IMG/VR virus record: IMGVR_UViG_3300029787_000013
Length of the DNA stretch: 64,000 nucleotides
Direction: 5' to 3' (one strand)
Origin: an uncultured virus (IMG/VR IMGVR_UViG_3300029787_000013)
Lineage: Duplodnaviria; Heunggongvirae; Uroviricota; Caudoviricetes
This document shows, piece after piece, positions 1 to 12,900 of this stretch (position 1 is its first letter; each line of letters opens with the position of its first letter). A program made the position numbers and the translations under genes. The notes below the pieces were generated by a model. It did no database searches, was not told the origin of the DNA, and was given only the letters and a program-made list of their open reading frames with translations.

Positions 1-903
1 CTCTTCTGCTGCATAAAATGCAACATCTTCTTTAAAAACAGCGTCAGTTAATTTACCTTCAAATTTAGATTTTTTAACTAGATAATCCTGTAAAGATTTT
101 TGCACAATAAGTTCAGATGCACGTACATATGGATCATTAAGCTTTTTACCAAAAGTATTTTTTAACCAAGCAACAACTTTATCCCACCATCTTTTAATTC
201 TTCCTATCAGCCCTACATTTTCTTGGGCAGTAAATTCTTCTTTTTTATTAACCTTTGATCCCATTATATGCATAGCAATTACCTTACCTATTGCTTCTCT
301 TTTTAGCATATCCATATCTCCATTATATTGCTTATAATAAAAACTTTCAGGATTAGAAATTTGATCAAAAATTTGATACCCAGCAATTAAATTATACATA
401 GATTTGTATAAAGCAGTATCATTATCACGTAAAAGCTCTACTGTAAGATGGGCAACTTCCTCTGAAAGTTCTTGCGTTGTGGCTTTTCCTTTAATTAATT
501 GTACTATTTTTTGACCTGTACGCACTTTAGCAGCTATAGGTAAAATATTTCCATCTTCATCTTTAAGAGAATCTATTACGTTTAAAGAAAATCCTAAATC
601 ATCTACTAGAAAAGAAGCTAAATTATTAGCTAGAGTTTCTCCCGCAAGATCAAATTCTGCTTCTTTTATAATAGAATCATATTTAGAGGGCTCTCTTAAA
701 GCATCTGTAACAAAAGGTAAAGAAGATTCATATGTAGGATCTGGTAAACTAGTTTTTTCTTTAGTTTTTAGATATACCGCATATGCAACATTGGAAGTAG
801 GTAAAACTAACTTTAATTTATCAAAAAGTAAAGATTGTTTTCCTGCCTCAGTGTATACAGTATGGATTTCTCCTTTTCTATCTCTTATTATTTTACAAGA
901 CAT
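1..903 (-). CDS. Large virion cargo-like protein, N-terminal 301 aa only (runs off the window); zincin-like EExxH motif
   Basis: Not in the ORF track. ATG at 903-901 overlaps the RNAP stop (TAATG) and the frame is open to base 1: MSCKIIRDRKGE...ELSEEVAHLTVE...REAIGKVIA...WWDKVVAWLK. Confidence 0.8.
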   Translation of the reverse strand, partial: MSCKIIRDRKGEIHTVYTEAGKQSLLFDKLKLVLPTSNVAYAVYLKTKEKTSLPDPTYESSLPFVTDALREPSKYDSIIKEAEFDLAGETLANNLASFLVDDLGFSLNVIDSLKDEDGNILPIAAKVRTGQKIVQLIKGKATTQELSEEVAHLTVELLRDNDTALYKSMYNLIAGYQIFDQISNPESFYYKQYNGDMDMLKREAIGKVIAMHIMGSKVNKKEEFTAQENVGLIGRIKRWWDKVVAWLKNTFGKKLNDPYVRASELIVQKSLQDYLVKKSKFEGKLTDAVFKEDVAFYAAEE

Positions 904-3900
904 TATTTTTTAGTTTTACATTTATTCTGCTCTTCTTTAAATGTTTCTTTTAAAGTTGTAAGATCAATTGATTGTATTTCAGTTTCTGCGGTTGGGATCT
1001 CTTTCATAGGGGCCTCTCTTACAACATCTCTTTGAACAGATATTTCATAAATATTTGTAGTCTTAGTAGACTTTATTTTTTTCAAATCTACAATTTTTCC
1101 ATCTTTTATCCTATAAATTCCTTCCATAAGTTTATAGGTCCTTTTAATTTGTGTGGCATTATTTTTAAATAAAGATTCAATTTCTTTTTTATTTAATTTT
1201 AAATTATTAGCATCTTTTGGAGCCTTATTACTATTAAGTACAGGCTGTCTTCCTGCTACTATTAATTCATTTCTAACTCCTTTAGGTTGGTGTAATTCAT
1301 ATACAAATACTTCCATAGTTTTATTATTTTTTTCTACTGTTTGAACTTTAGAAAATCTATAAAAATAATTATGATATAAATCACGACTAAAAATACCTGC
1401 TTGTGAAGAGCCTCGTTTAGATTTTACCAAAAATCTATTACCATAAAATTTATTTCTTATCCATTCTTTTTTACCATCCCATTTAGAAGTATATTTTACA
1501 GGAGTAATTTGAGAATTGTCCCATTGATTATCTAAAAAATCTGAATAAACTTGAGTTAAATTTAATTGATTGTAAATAAGTTTAGTTTTTGCACTTTCAA
1601 ATACCTGTTGAGTAATAGGTAATAATAAAGATCCTGGCAGAGCTTGAAAGAAAGCTTTAGGTGAAAAAGAGGTACCTGATTTTAAAAATGAATATAAGTA
1701 CAGATCTAATACAAGTTCAGGTTCTTTTTCAAATAGTACCTTAGCATCTTTTCCAAATCCTGTTAAATCATCTGTATCATATCTATTAGAAGCTAGCTGT
1801 AATTTATCTACATAATAATCAAAATCTTTATTATTTGTAAATTCTTGTAGCTCAGGAACCAACTCTTCTAATAAAGTATTATTTCTATATTTTTTCTTAG
1901 CTTCTATTATACGTCTAGGTAAACTATTTTCTCCTTGAAATAATTGTTCAATTAATGTATTTAAAGAGGTATCTCCATATTTTCTGTATAATTCAATAGG
2001 ATAGTATTGATTTAATACAGAAGTTTGGAACATAAAAGAAGTAATAAAATCATCAAACTTTTGTAGGTAATTTGTGATCTCTTGCTTTGATCTGCCTTCA
2101 GACATTAAAGAGTATGCTAATTCTACTAAAGTTGTTTCAATTATTCTTACACCATTTTTATTTTTTAAATATTTGAAATCTAAATTTTCTAATAAATTAT
2201 TAGAATTATCAAATAATTTTTTAAGTTTATTTAAAAATGGTTTTTGATCTAATACAACTGGAGGCAATTCTAACGTAGCCTTTGTGTTTTTAGTTGGACC
2301 TGTTAAACCTACTATATTTTTAAAGTAGCCATCCTCTTGTATAATTTTTTCTAAAGCTTGTAAGTAAATCATCTCATACCCATTTTTTAATTTACTAGTG
2401 TCTGGAGATGTAACTGTTTGTATTTTTCTTAAACTTTCTGAAGGTCCTTTATACATTAAAAAATTATCAAGTATTTGAATCTGTACTTGTTTTTGTGTTG
2501 CGCTCATATCTTTTACAGATAAAGCTCTCGTTTCTCTTAAACTTTCAGGTCTTAAACCTATATATTCTCCTGTTCCTCTTCCATATTTAATAATTAAAGA
2601 ATTTGTAATTTCAACATCTGATTTATAAGACTTAGAAAAAGATTTTCTAGACTGAATAGAATGATCTCCTTGAAATCTATGCTTCATATTTATGAAGTCT
2701 AAAATAATTGGCTGAGACATAAAATCAATAACAGTTGATAAAGGTACTAAAGCTTTATTTAAAAACACATGCATTCCTGCACCTTCAATACCTGCATTTA
2801 TATACATTGCAAATGGATTTTTTTCGCCATCCACATAAGCAGTAATATATTTTCTTAAAGAAGAACTAATTTTATTTCCATTCAGATCTAAAACATTTCC
2901 AAAAGGAACTTTTTTAACTTCCATAAGACCATCAAAGTATAATTTAAATGGCACTTCTTGGCCCAAAATATTTGTATAAGGTTGTCCAGTTTGTAAATAC
3001 ATTCCTCCCCTTTGAGATTTAATTAAATTTGTAGCTCCAGTAGCCACAACTCCTGTACCTAATAATGTTGACCACATTTGGTTCGATGACTCAACAAGGC
3101 CTCTTAAACTTAACATGTCAAATAAATTAGCAGTTTTAGGAGAAACTAAACCATTTGTAATTCGCTCATCTTGAATTTGTTCTGCTTGTACTTGCATATC
3201 AAAAGCTCCAACAGGATCCATAAGCTGCTCAAAAGATAGAGGATGTAACAATATATCTGTTTCTAACTTTAATAATAAATTTTCTACAACTTGTTTAGGT
3301 TGTTGCATAAAAGGAGGTAAATCTTCAAATCCTACTCCTATTAATCTATTATCTAGCGCTTCTAAATCAATTTCGTCTTTTTTTCTATTTGCAGCGTTAA
3401 AATCTTTTATAAATTCAATTGCACTTTCTGGACTATTTTTTATTTTAAAAAGCTCAATTGCAGCTGCAATATAATCTTGAGGACTTTTTAATCTTAACTC
3501 TTTAAGTGTATTTACAGACTTAATCATTCCAATACCACTTTTTTCTCCTAACTCTATATGAGGTAATTGTATAGTAATCTCATCACTATCAAAGTCAGCT
3601 CCTGTTTTACCTACAATTTCAGAAGGAACAATCATTTTATTTCCAGCTTGTTTAGGTAAAAATCCTTTTATTTTAAAAACATCTATAGAACTTAAAAACT
3701 CTGTAGGAATACGAGCTCCAATTATTGTTAATACCTCAGAAGGTATTTTAGATAAATCTTGTCCATCTAATATTCCTTTCCAGCTATGTGGAGCAAATAT
3801 TTCTGCAGCACTTGTTGTAGAAAAAGCTTCTCTTCTATAAAAATCTTCTAAAGATTCTCCATTTTCTTGCACTATTTCTTTACTATAAAATTTAAGTGTC

Positions 3901-6900
3901 GTTCCTGCAGGTAATATATTTTCAGTTATAGCAGCATCATAACCTACAACTGATTGAATCATAACCTTTTTACCATAAATCTTTCTCTTAACAACTGAAT
4001 TAGTCATAATAGAGTATAGAAGTGTTTCTAATCTATTTTTTTGATATAATTGGTTAATAAAAGTTATATCTGTTTCAAATAAAGCTTCAACCGATTCAAT
4101 TATATTTTCATCTATATCTCTTTTTGTTAATTCTTCAAGTAAAGTGTTTTTAATTAAAGTTCTTGTACGTTTATTATTTAAAGATTTAAACCCTTCAGAT
4201 GTTTCAATTGCACCTAATTTTGCTGTTAAATTTGCAACTTCTTTTTGTATTAAAGCCTCATGTAATTCATGGTATAGATTAATTCCGTCTTCCCAAGTAG
4301 AATTCTCATTAAGTGGAGTGTTTGCATATTTAGCAGAAACCTCTCCATTATTATAAATATCAGTTGGTATAAAAGTAGTTTTTTGAGTAGGTCTACTTTG
4401 GAGCCCTTCTAAAGAGTCTTTAGGTTTTAATTGTATTCCAAACCATCTTAGATCATATTTAACGATAGCGCTTCTATCTCCATTTAAAGGAACATGCTGT
4501 CTATTTTCATCTAATAAAGGATTAAATACTCCTTTATTATTAGTTGCCGCTCCAATTTTTCTACTTGAAGGGAATACACTATAATCAATTTCCTCTTCAG
4601 TCATTTCTTGATAAATTTGATCCATGACTATTAAAGGAGAACCCACAATTTTATGTAAATGCGGATGTATTGGAAATAATGCAAATTTATCTCCCATTAT
4701 TAATTGTAAATTATCTGTTTCAAAAGGAGCCACAACTTGAGGTTTAATAGGACTTAAAATTCCAACATCTTCTTTCGTTGCTGTGCCTTCTATAACTTTT
4801 CTATAAATTTCCTCTTCAACATCTGTCCAATGATCAGCTAAAATTCGTGCTCTCCTATAAAAATCTATATGTATTAATCCTCCACCATCAAATATTTCCA
4901 TATTTGTAAAAGATTGTTGCATATTACTAATAGAACTATTTGATGCTCCTAAGTAATTTAAAATTCGAGTATATTGCTCTACATATTTAGAAGACTCTAC
5001 TACTTCCGCTCTAACTATACTAGATACTACAGGAGACCAATTTGGATTTTTACTTGCTAAATTAGGATAATTCTCACTCCAATAATTTAAAATATTTTCA
5101 TCTGCTTCTAAAAATCTTTTAGGAGATGAGAACATAGATGTTCTTTTAAATAACTCTTTATATAAACCAGGATGAGCTAAAAAGACTTTTGTTTGCTCGA
5201 TAGAGCTTATTAATTGCATAAAAGTCAACTGTGTTAAAATATGATCTAAAAAAGGAGAAAACTTTGTAGTTCCTAAAGTCCCTTTTAATAATTCAAATTC
5301 AACTATTGCGTCTCTTTTTATAAATGTATTAGCTTTTTGTCTAGCAGGAAGAGTTTCCTTTAATAATTCAAGAGCATCAAAATCTAACCCTATATTTTTT
5401 ATTGTACCATTATCATTATATAATATATTATACTCTACTAATAAATCAAAAGTTTCTTGTTTTTTATCTTTTAAAAATTGTGTAACCTCTTCTTTAAATG
5501 GAGTAAGGACAGAGCTAGTATAAGCATTGGAATCAAGAGATTTAGTTTTATTTTGTATAAATTTATTTGCACCTGCTTTAGTATTAATAAAAGCAGAATG
5601 ATTAAACCATTGAAGTTCTTTTTTATCTTTTAAAGAAGGTATATTATCAACCTCTCCGCTAAAAATTGCATTTGCTGTTTGAATCTCACTTTTTAAAATA
5701 GAAGATAAATAATTAAACATGTATGTTTCAGTAATATTATAAGAAGGGGGCCCTATATAAAGTGCATCTTCACTTTTTTTATTACCTGTTCTTATAATAG
5801 GAAAATGTCCTTTTAATATACTATTAACGTGATTTAATAAAATACTTCCTTCGTTTGCTCTAGAAATTTCTATGTCTTTATTATTTTCTTTATTTGAGTT
5901 TCCTAATAATGAAACTAATTTTATTTCTATTCCTGCAGCTATTCTTTGAAGCCAAACAGATCCCTGCATATTATACTTAGTAAGTAAAGTTTCAGCAACT
6001 GAAGGATCAGAATTTAAATAATCAATAAAAGAAGAAGTAAAATTTTTAACTGTAACACCGTGTCTTTTTTTATTATTAAATCTATTTTGTAAGCTAATAA
6101 CCTGTTTAGTTGTAGTAGCTTCATATTCAATTAATTTTTGTAGCCTACCAAAAGAATCTGTATTATCAAATAAATCAGACATGTCTTTTGTAGTTAAATA
6201 AATTGGCTTTTTTGTTTTTTCATCTATGTCCATAGCAATATCTCCAAAAACCCAATCAATATTAGTATTGAATTCATCTTCAAGAATAGAATTTGTAGAT
6301 AATAGATCTAATAATTCAGATAAATTAGTAAATTCTATGCCTAAATGCTTTAAAATAGCTATATTTTGAGCTGTTTCTCTATCTTCACTTAAAAACCATC
6401 CATTTTTTGTGCCTAAAGGTCTACTAATAGTTCTACCTTCTACTTTTAAAGATAGTTTTTTAGTAAGGTCCATTACTAGTCTTTTATCCGCATTATTAAC
6501 TCCAAAGGCAGTATTTAAACGTTGTCTAAATTTTGCTTTCCATTTTGATTTAATAACAGAATTTATATTATCTTGGTCTGCATTTATTAAAGAACGTCTT
6601 TGTTCTGTATCTACATTTAAAATTTTATATTCTTTCGATGTAGTTTTAAATGAAGTTAAAAAAGACATTAATAATTTCATCTCTTCTCCTGTAAGAGACT
6701 GATCTAAAATAGCAGCATAAGATGAAAATCCTTTACTTTTAGATAATCCTAATCTGTTTAATAACACTTGATATGTAGCATCTGTCTCAGCCAGATCGTC
6801 TATTATAGATAACATTGCTGCAGTTGAATCTAAATTAGATAAATTTTTATATAAAGTATTTAAAACTTGTCCAAAATTAGCTAATTTATTAAGTCCGTAT

Positions 6901-9900
6901 TTAGAAGTTGTATATTTAAAAACTTTTCCTTCTTCTCCTACTGTCCATTCTACAGCAGGAAGAGTAGCTATAATAAGTTTTAACTCAGGAGATATTGTAG
7001 ATGCAGGATCTATTTCATTTGTAGATCTGTAATTGGCAGTATCTTTTGTAACTACTTCTCCAGTATCAGGGTCTTCATTTAATGCATTAATTTCTTCTTG
7101 GAGAGTTTTAGAATTGACATCAAATTTATATCTTCTTAAAAAAGTAGTATTCTTTTCTATAAAAGAATTCCAATCTAATCTAACTGCTTCTGCAGTATTA
7201 TAAATAGTAGCTTTTTCTAATTTATAAGCATTTAATAAAACTTCTTCTTTTTGAGATAATTTATCTTTAGATTCTAAAACATCAATTTTAGATTGTAAAT
7301 TAAAATAAATTTCTTCTAAGTCTCCTCTTACTTTATTATAAGCAGTTTTGCCTTTTAATCCTGGTCTTCCATAAATAGGAGCTAAAAATAATTCTAAAGT
7401 TTTATTCTCTTTACTAAAATTAAAAAATTGAGAAAACTCTAACCCACTACTTATAGCTATATCAAATATTGCAGCTGTCATAGCCTCATTAATATCTTTA
7501 GATGCAGCCGCATCAATTTTAGTTGCGTTTAATGCTGCGCCTTCTTTTATAGTATAAATAGTATAATTATCAATAGTTTCTGAGTACTTACCTGTGTATA
7601 TATTTTCAAATAACGTTTGGTTTTTAGATAAATTATTAAAAAATTTATAAATAAAATCAAATATTTTTTGAATTAAAGATTTTTTAATACGTGATCCAAC
7701 TTTGTAATCTCCTTTTAATAGTGTATACTGTCTAAACTCTTCTGCTAACCACTCATCTGCTTCTTTATCAGTAAAATCTTTTAGTTTTTTAACTTCTCCT
7801 TTATAAGTAGATGCTTTTCCAGTTATGTTTCTTACTTCTACATATAATGCTTCACGTTCTGCTGGAGATAATAATTTACGAGTAATCCCATGAAATGCTT
7901 CATGGTATAAAGTACCTTTAATTGCGTCTGAAGATAATAAAATTTTACCTACTTTAGTAAAGTATCCATAATTTTGTCCGTGTACTAATCCTTGTACTAT
8001 TTCAAGTTTAAAAATAGGAGTCCCATTTTGGTTTTTAGGAACCATAGCTTTAAATTGTTCATACTCTTCAGATAAATCCATCAATTCAAAATCTTCATGT
8101 GGCATAGATACATTAAATGCTTGGCCTCCTTTTTCACCTGAAGAAGCTGAATCTTCAGGATCTATGGTTCTTTCTAAACCACCATCTTGTCCTTTTTGTA
8201 AATCGTTTAAATCTGTTGTTGACGATGTAGTTTCATCTATAACTTCAACATAATCAGTTACTGCATATTTAGCATTTAATTCTTCTTGTAAGAATAGATT
8301 ATTTTCAATAAAATCTTTTACTATATTACTACTATTTTGATCTAATTCGGTTTCACTATTATCTTTATTTATTAAAGCAGCATTTATTATTCTTACAGAT
8401 ATAGTAGAATTATCAAAATTAATACCTGTTATTTCAAAATTGGCTTTCCATGCAGGATTTTCTCCTACAGATTGATGAGTAATTGTTTTAACTTCTCCAG
8501 CTTTGTATCCTGATTCTGTTACTATATCTATAGGTTCTGTTTCATCAACAGCGTCCATATCAGTTTCAGTATCTGTTATTTCTACCTCATTTTTCTTCTT
8601 TACCATAGAATCTTGAATGCTTACTGTAGTTAAATCATCATTAGTAAGTAAATCTTTTACAGTAATATTTTTATTCCAAATAACATATACACTCATAAAT
8701 TGAGGAGTCATTGAGGTATCAACTCCCTGTCCCGATTTATCTTTATGTAAATTTAACTTAAAAGGAATATCCAATAAACTTCTTTCTTGGGACCCACTTA
8801 ATAAATACTCAGTATAATTATTCCATTGTCTAAAGTTAAAAGTTAAATCATCATTAATAATAACTTCTACGTACTCTGTATAAGCAGGATCAGAAGCTGT
8901 TGGTTTTGGATTTTTTGTTTTCCAGGTTTGTAATGCTTTATAGAATTCAGTTTGTTTGCTTTTAGGCAATGCTTTTATTTGGTTCATATTAAACCCTTTT
9001 TTCTTCATTGCTGCGCCTAGTTTCTTTTTCCATTTAGCTAATTCAGATCCTAATTCTTTTTGAGATGTAGTTCTTGCATTAATATCATCTTTTAAAGTAG
9101 GGTTATTTATTTGATAATTTAAAGTAGATAAAAATGCTTGAAGAGCAGTATGAATATCTTTATTAACATCTGTAGGATTTGCTAATTCATTTATATCTAA
9201 TTGATTATCCCCAAAATATAAAGTTTTACCCTCAAGATAAATAGAATACTGTTTAGACGCTCTATTTTTAGAGTGTTTACCAAAATAAATTAATGTTTTT
9301 AAAATTTGTTCTATAGTTTTATTAGCTGTTTCTGGGGCATAGACAGCTTCTCCTTGTTGATTAAGAGTATGTATATATGCAGCGTCTTTAGAATTCACTT
9401 TTGCAGTAGAACTCATAACGTTAGTTAACTGAGTTGCATATAATCTTAATAAATTATAAATATTTTTTTGGTGCGACATAGATAATGTGTCGACAAACAA
9501 AGGAATTAAACGTCCATTTTTTACTACATATGGAGTACCAGCTTTAACTTTATACCGTCTGTTTTCAAAATTAACAACATTATTTTTAGAGTTTATTCCA
9601 ATATTTAATTTAATATCTTTTACTTGATTTTCATTTTGTACAATTGTTTCAGAAGCCCTTGCTCTATGATTAGCATCGCCATTAACCCAAATAGGCATAC
9701 CATTAGATGTTCCCGATATTTTAATATGTCTTGGCCCTGAAACTTCTAATAACCCTTGTCTAAATGTTTTATGTTTTTCAATAGCATCAATAGCATCTTG
9801 AGTTAACTCTCCAACAAAATAAGTTCGACCTTTGTAAGCTATTTCTTTTGCAGTTGTAGCAATTAAATCTTCTTTTGAGTATCTGTATGCTTTTATAGAT

Positions 9901-12900
9901 TCTCCTTTCTTTTTAAACTCTGTAAATACATTAGAACTTGGAACGCTCGCATACATAACTTGGTCTACTCCGTCATTATCTTTTACTGTAATAGCATTTC
10001 CTTTTTTATCAGTGATAATAATTTTTATATCCTCTGAAGTTTCAGATCCTAATTCCCCTTTTATATCTTTTGAATAAGAAAAGCTTTTTGTTTTTTCATT
10101 ATAAAATACTACTTTATCTAAAATCTTTTCTGGAACAGTTTTTCTATTAACAAATGTAAGTCTATAATTATTTTGATTAGCTCCACTTAAAGTTTCTGTA
10201 AATTTATGGAACCTATTAATTGCAGAATAAAATTGTAATTCTTTTTCTAACTTAGAGGTCCATTGAGATGCTGGAGACTCTTCTTTCATTAATCGTAACG
10301 ACTTTTCTTTTTCTAAAGCTAGTTTATGATCTGAAGCAGATTTAGCAAATCCATGCTTAGTAACAGGAGTACCGTAATAATATACATTACTTTCAGGATT
10401 TTTAAACACCTCTTCCATAGATTCTTGTTCTGCCAATTCTCCTTCTTTAGTGTTAGGATCTTCATTATTATTTATCTCTTGTGTTTTTCCATATCGTAAT
10501 TCATTATATGTATTTATAATAAACCCTAAATTTTGAGCTAATGTATTTTGTAGTTGGTGCGCAATTTCAAAATCTCTATTCCTTTGCACAAACGCAGCTT
10601 TGGCTGCACCAATAGCCATTTGTAATTCTGCAGTAACATTTTCTGTAGTTAATTTACCTAAAAGTTTATCTAACTTTGCCATTTCGTCTAGCAGCCTATT
10701 ATATTCTGCTAAAGTTTCTTTTTTAGATCGTAAAGAAATTTCCCCATTTTGTTTTAAATTTAAATGTCTTTTTACTGCTGCTGCAGCATTTTTTAATAGT
10801 GAATATTCGTTTTTAATAGATTCTATTTCTTGATCTATAATACGTATAATCTCTTTAGGCAACTCTTTATCTTGTTGTGCAACTTTTATTAAGTTATTTA
10901 CTACTCTAGAGGCTTCATCTTTTTCTGGGTCAAATTCTAAAATATTTTCCCATATACTTCTCATCACAGGATTATTAGTAAAAGCCTCAGATTGTCTTAA
11001 CTGTTCAATTAATACTTGGTCTCCAACCCATTTTTCCTTCATAAAAGTAAAAATAGTTTCTTGTATTTTCTCAATAGATTTACTTTTACTAAGCTCAGGC
11101 TCTAATTTATAAAAACTATCAAGATCTGCTTTATAAGAATTTAATTTAATTTCTAACTGTTCTACTACAGCTTCTAATTGTTCTATTTGGGAAGGGACTA
11201 CTTGAAAACTACCATCTTTTAATGGTATCCTTTGAGATAAAGTATAAAAAGAAATTTTATCTGTAATTCCTTTTAAAGAGTAATTAACACCGTTTACAGT
11301 AAAATATTCTCGCCCTTTTTTATCTTTTTTTCTAAACGACTCTGGAGTCTGTTTAATATTTTGAAAAGCAGATAATAATTTAACTATTTCATTTAATTCT
11401 TTTTTAGCTTTTTCTAAAGAATGTTTTGTAGTTTCTATACTAGTTTTAATTTCTTCTTCTGTTAACTCTACTATACTTTCAATTGCTTGTATAACAACTT
11501 CATTAGAATCCATAACTTTTATATCTGTAGCTCCTTTTAACATGTTTAATGTGTAAGCAGTATACTCAGTTTTGTGCAGTTCTAATTCTTTAAGTAAAAG
11601 ATCATATTCTTTTTTTGCTTCCTTATTAGTTCGCATTAGATCTTCTAATATAGTTTTCCTTTTTAACTTTTTAATAGTATCATGATCAGGCAATCTAATT
11701 AATACTCTAGCATTTTCATTTTCAATTTGTTCTTGTTTTACAAATACAGTGTATTCTTCAGTTCTAGTATTTATATCATAAGGAGTATTATTTTCTGCTA
11801 ACGCTTGAAGATAAGCCTCTACATCTGTATGTTTTTCAGCCTGTAATATTTCTAAAACTCTTCTATCTATTTTTTCTAAGATGTTATTTTTTCTTGCATA
11901 TTTACGCACTTCTTTAACAGTAATATCTCCTTTATGTTGATAAGTAAAAGTAATAGTTTTACCATTATATCTTTCATAAAGACGTGCTAGTTCTCGATCA
12001 GATAATTTATCAGAAAGATTTTCTAGATCAGCAACTTGTCGCATTAATAAAATCTCAGGTCTAGGAATTAAAGTACCTTTATCAGTCCATGTGACATTTT
12101 CTCTTGCAGCTGAAGAATTTACTTGAACCATTTGATTGTACATATCAATCATACGATGTCTATACGCTCTAATATTTCTTATATCCTTTAATCTTTTAAT
12201 TACATCTTTATGATGGGCAGCATATGCTACAGGATCTCTTTGTTGCCACTCTTCAAGTAATTTTTGTTCATCTTTACTTAAATCTGGATCTAATCCTTCA
12301 TTTAAAGCTTTTGTTAAATAAATTTTTCTATCTAATAAAGCGTCTAATTCTTGATTTAATTTTTCTAATTGTTGTTTTTTATCTGATGGAGTTGTAACAC
12401 TTTCTTCTACACCTTTTGAATTTTTAACTTTTTCAGTCTTATCTATGTCACTAATATTAGGATCACTTTTAATAGATTCAATTTGTTCTTGAAGCGCTTT
12501 AATTTTAGTAGCTAGTTCTAAATAAAGCTCTTCCATATGAGAGGGACTAGTAAACTCTCGTATATTTTGTCTTTTCTTTACTTCTTTAGCTTCAGGCATT
12601 TCTGAAATATTTTCTTTTTGCTTAGAAGTTAATCTCTGCCAAACATTTTTTAATCTGCTCATTAAAGATTGTTGCTCAGCTTTATCTTGTTGTACTTTAT
12701 TTGTTTCTGCTTTTTCTTCAGACTCTATATCTTCTTGTAAGCCAGCTTTGTTGTTGGCTTCAATCATATTCTCTTCTCTTTTATCAAAATGTTTGCTTAT
12801 AGATAAAGCATGAGTCATCATTATTTTTTGATCTTCTCCAAATGTCCCAAACGTCCCATTAATCATTCCCCAATTTTCTTTAATCTGATCAATTTGCTCA

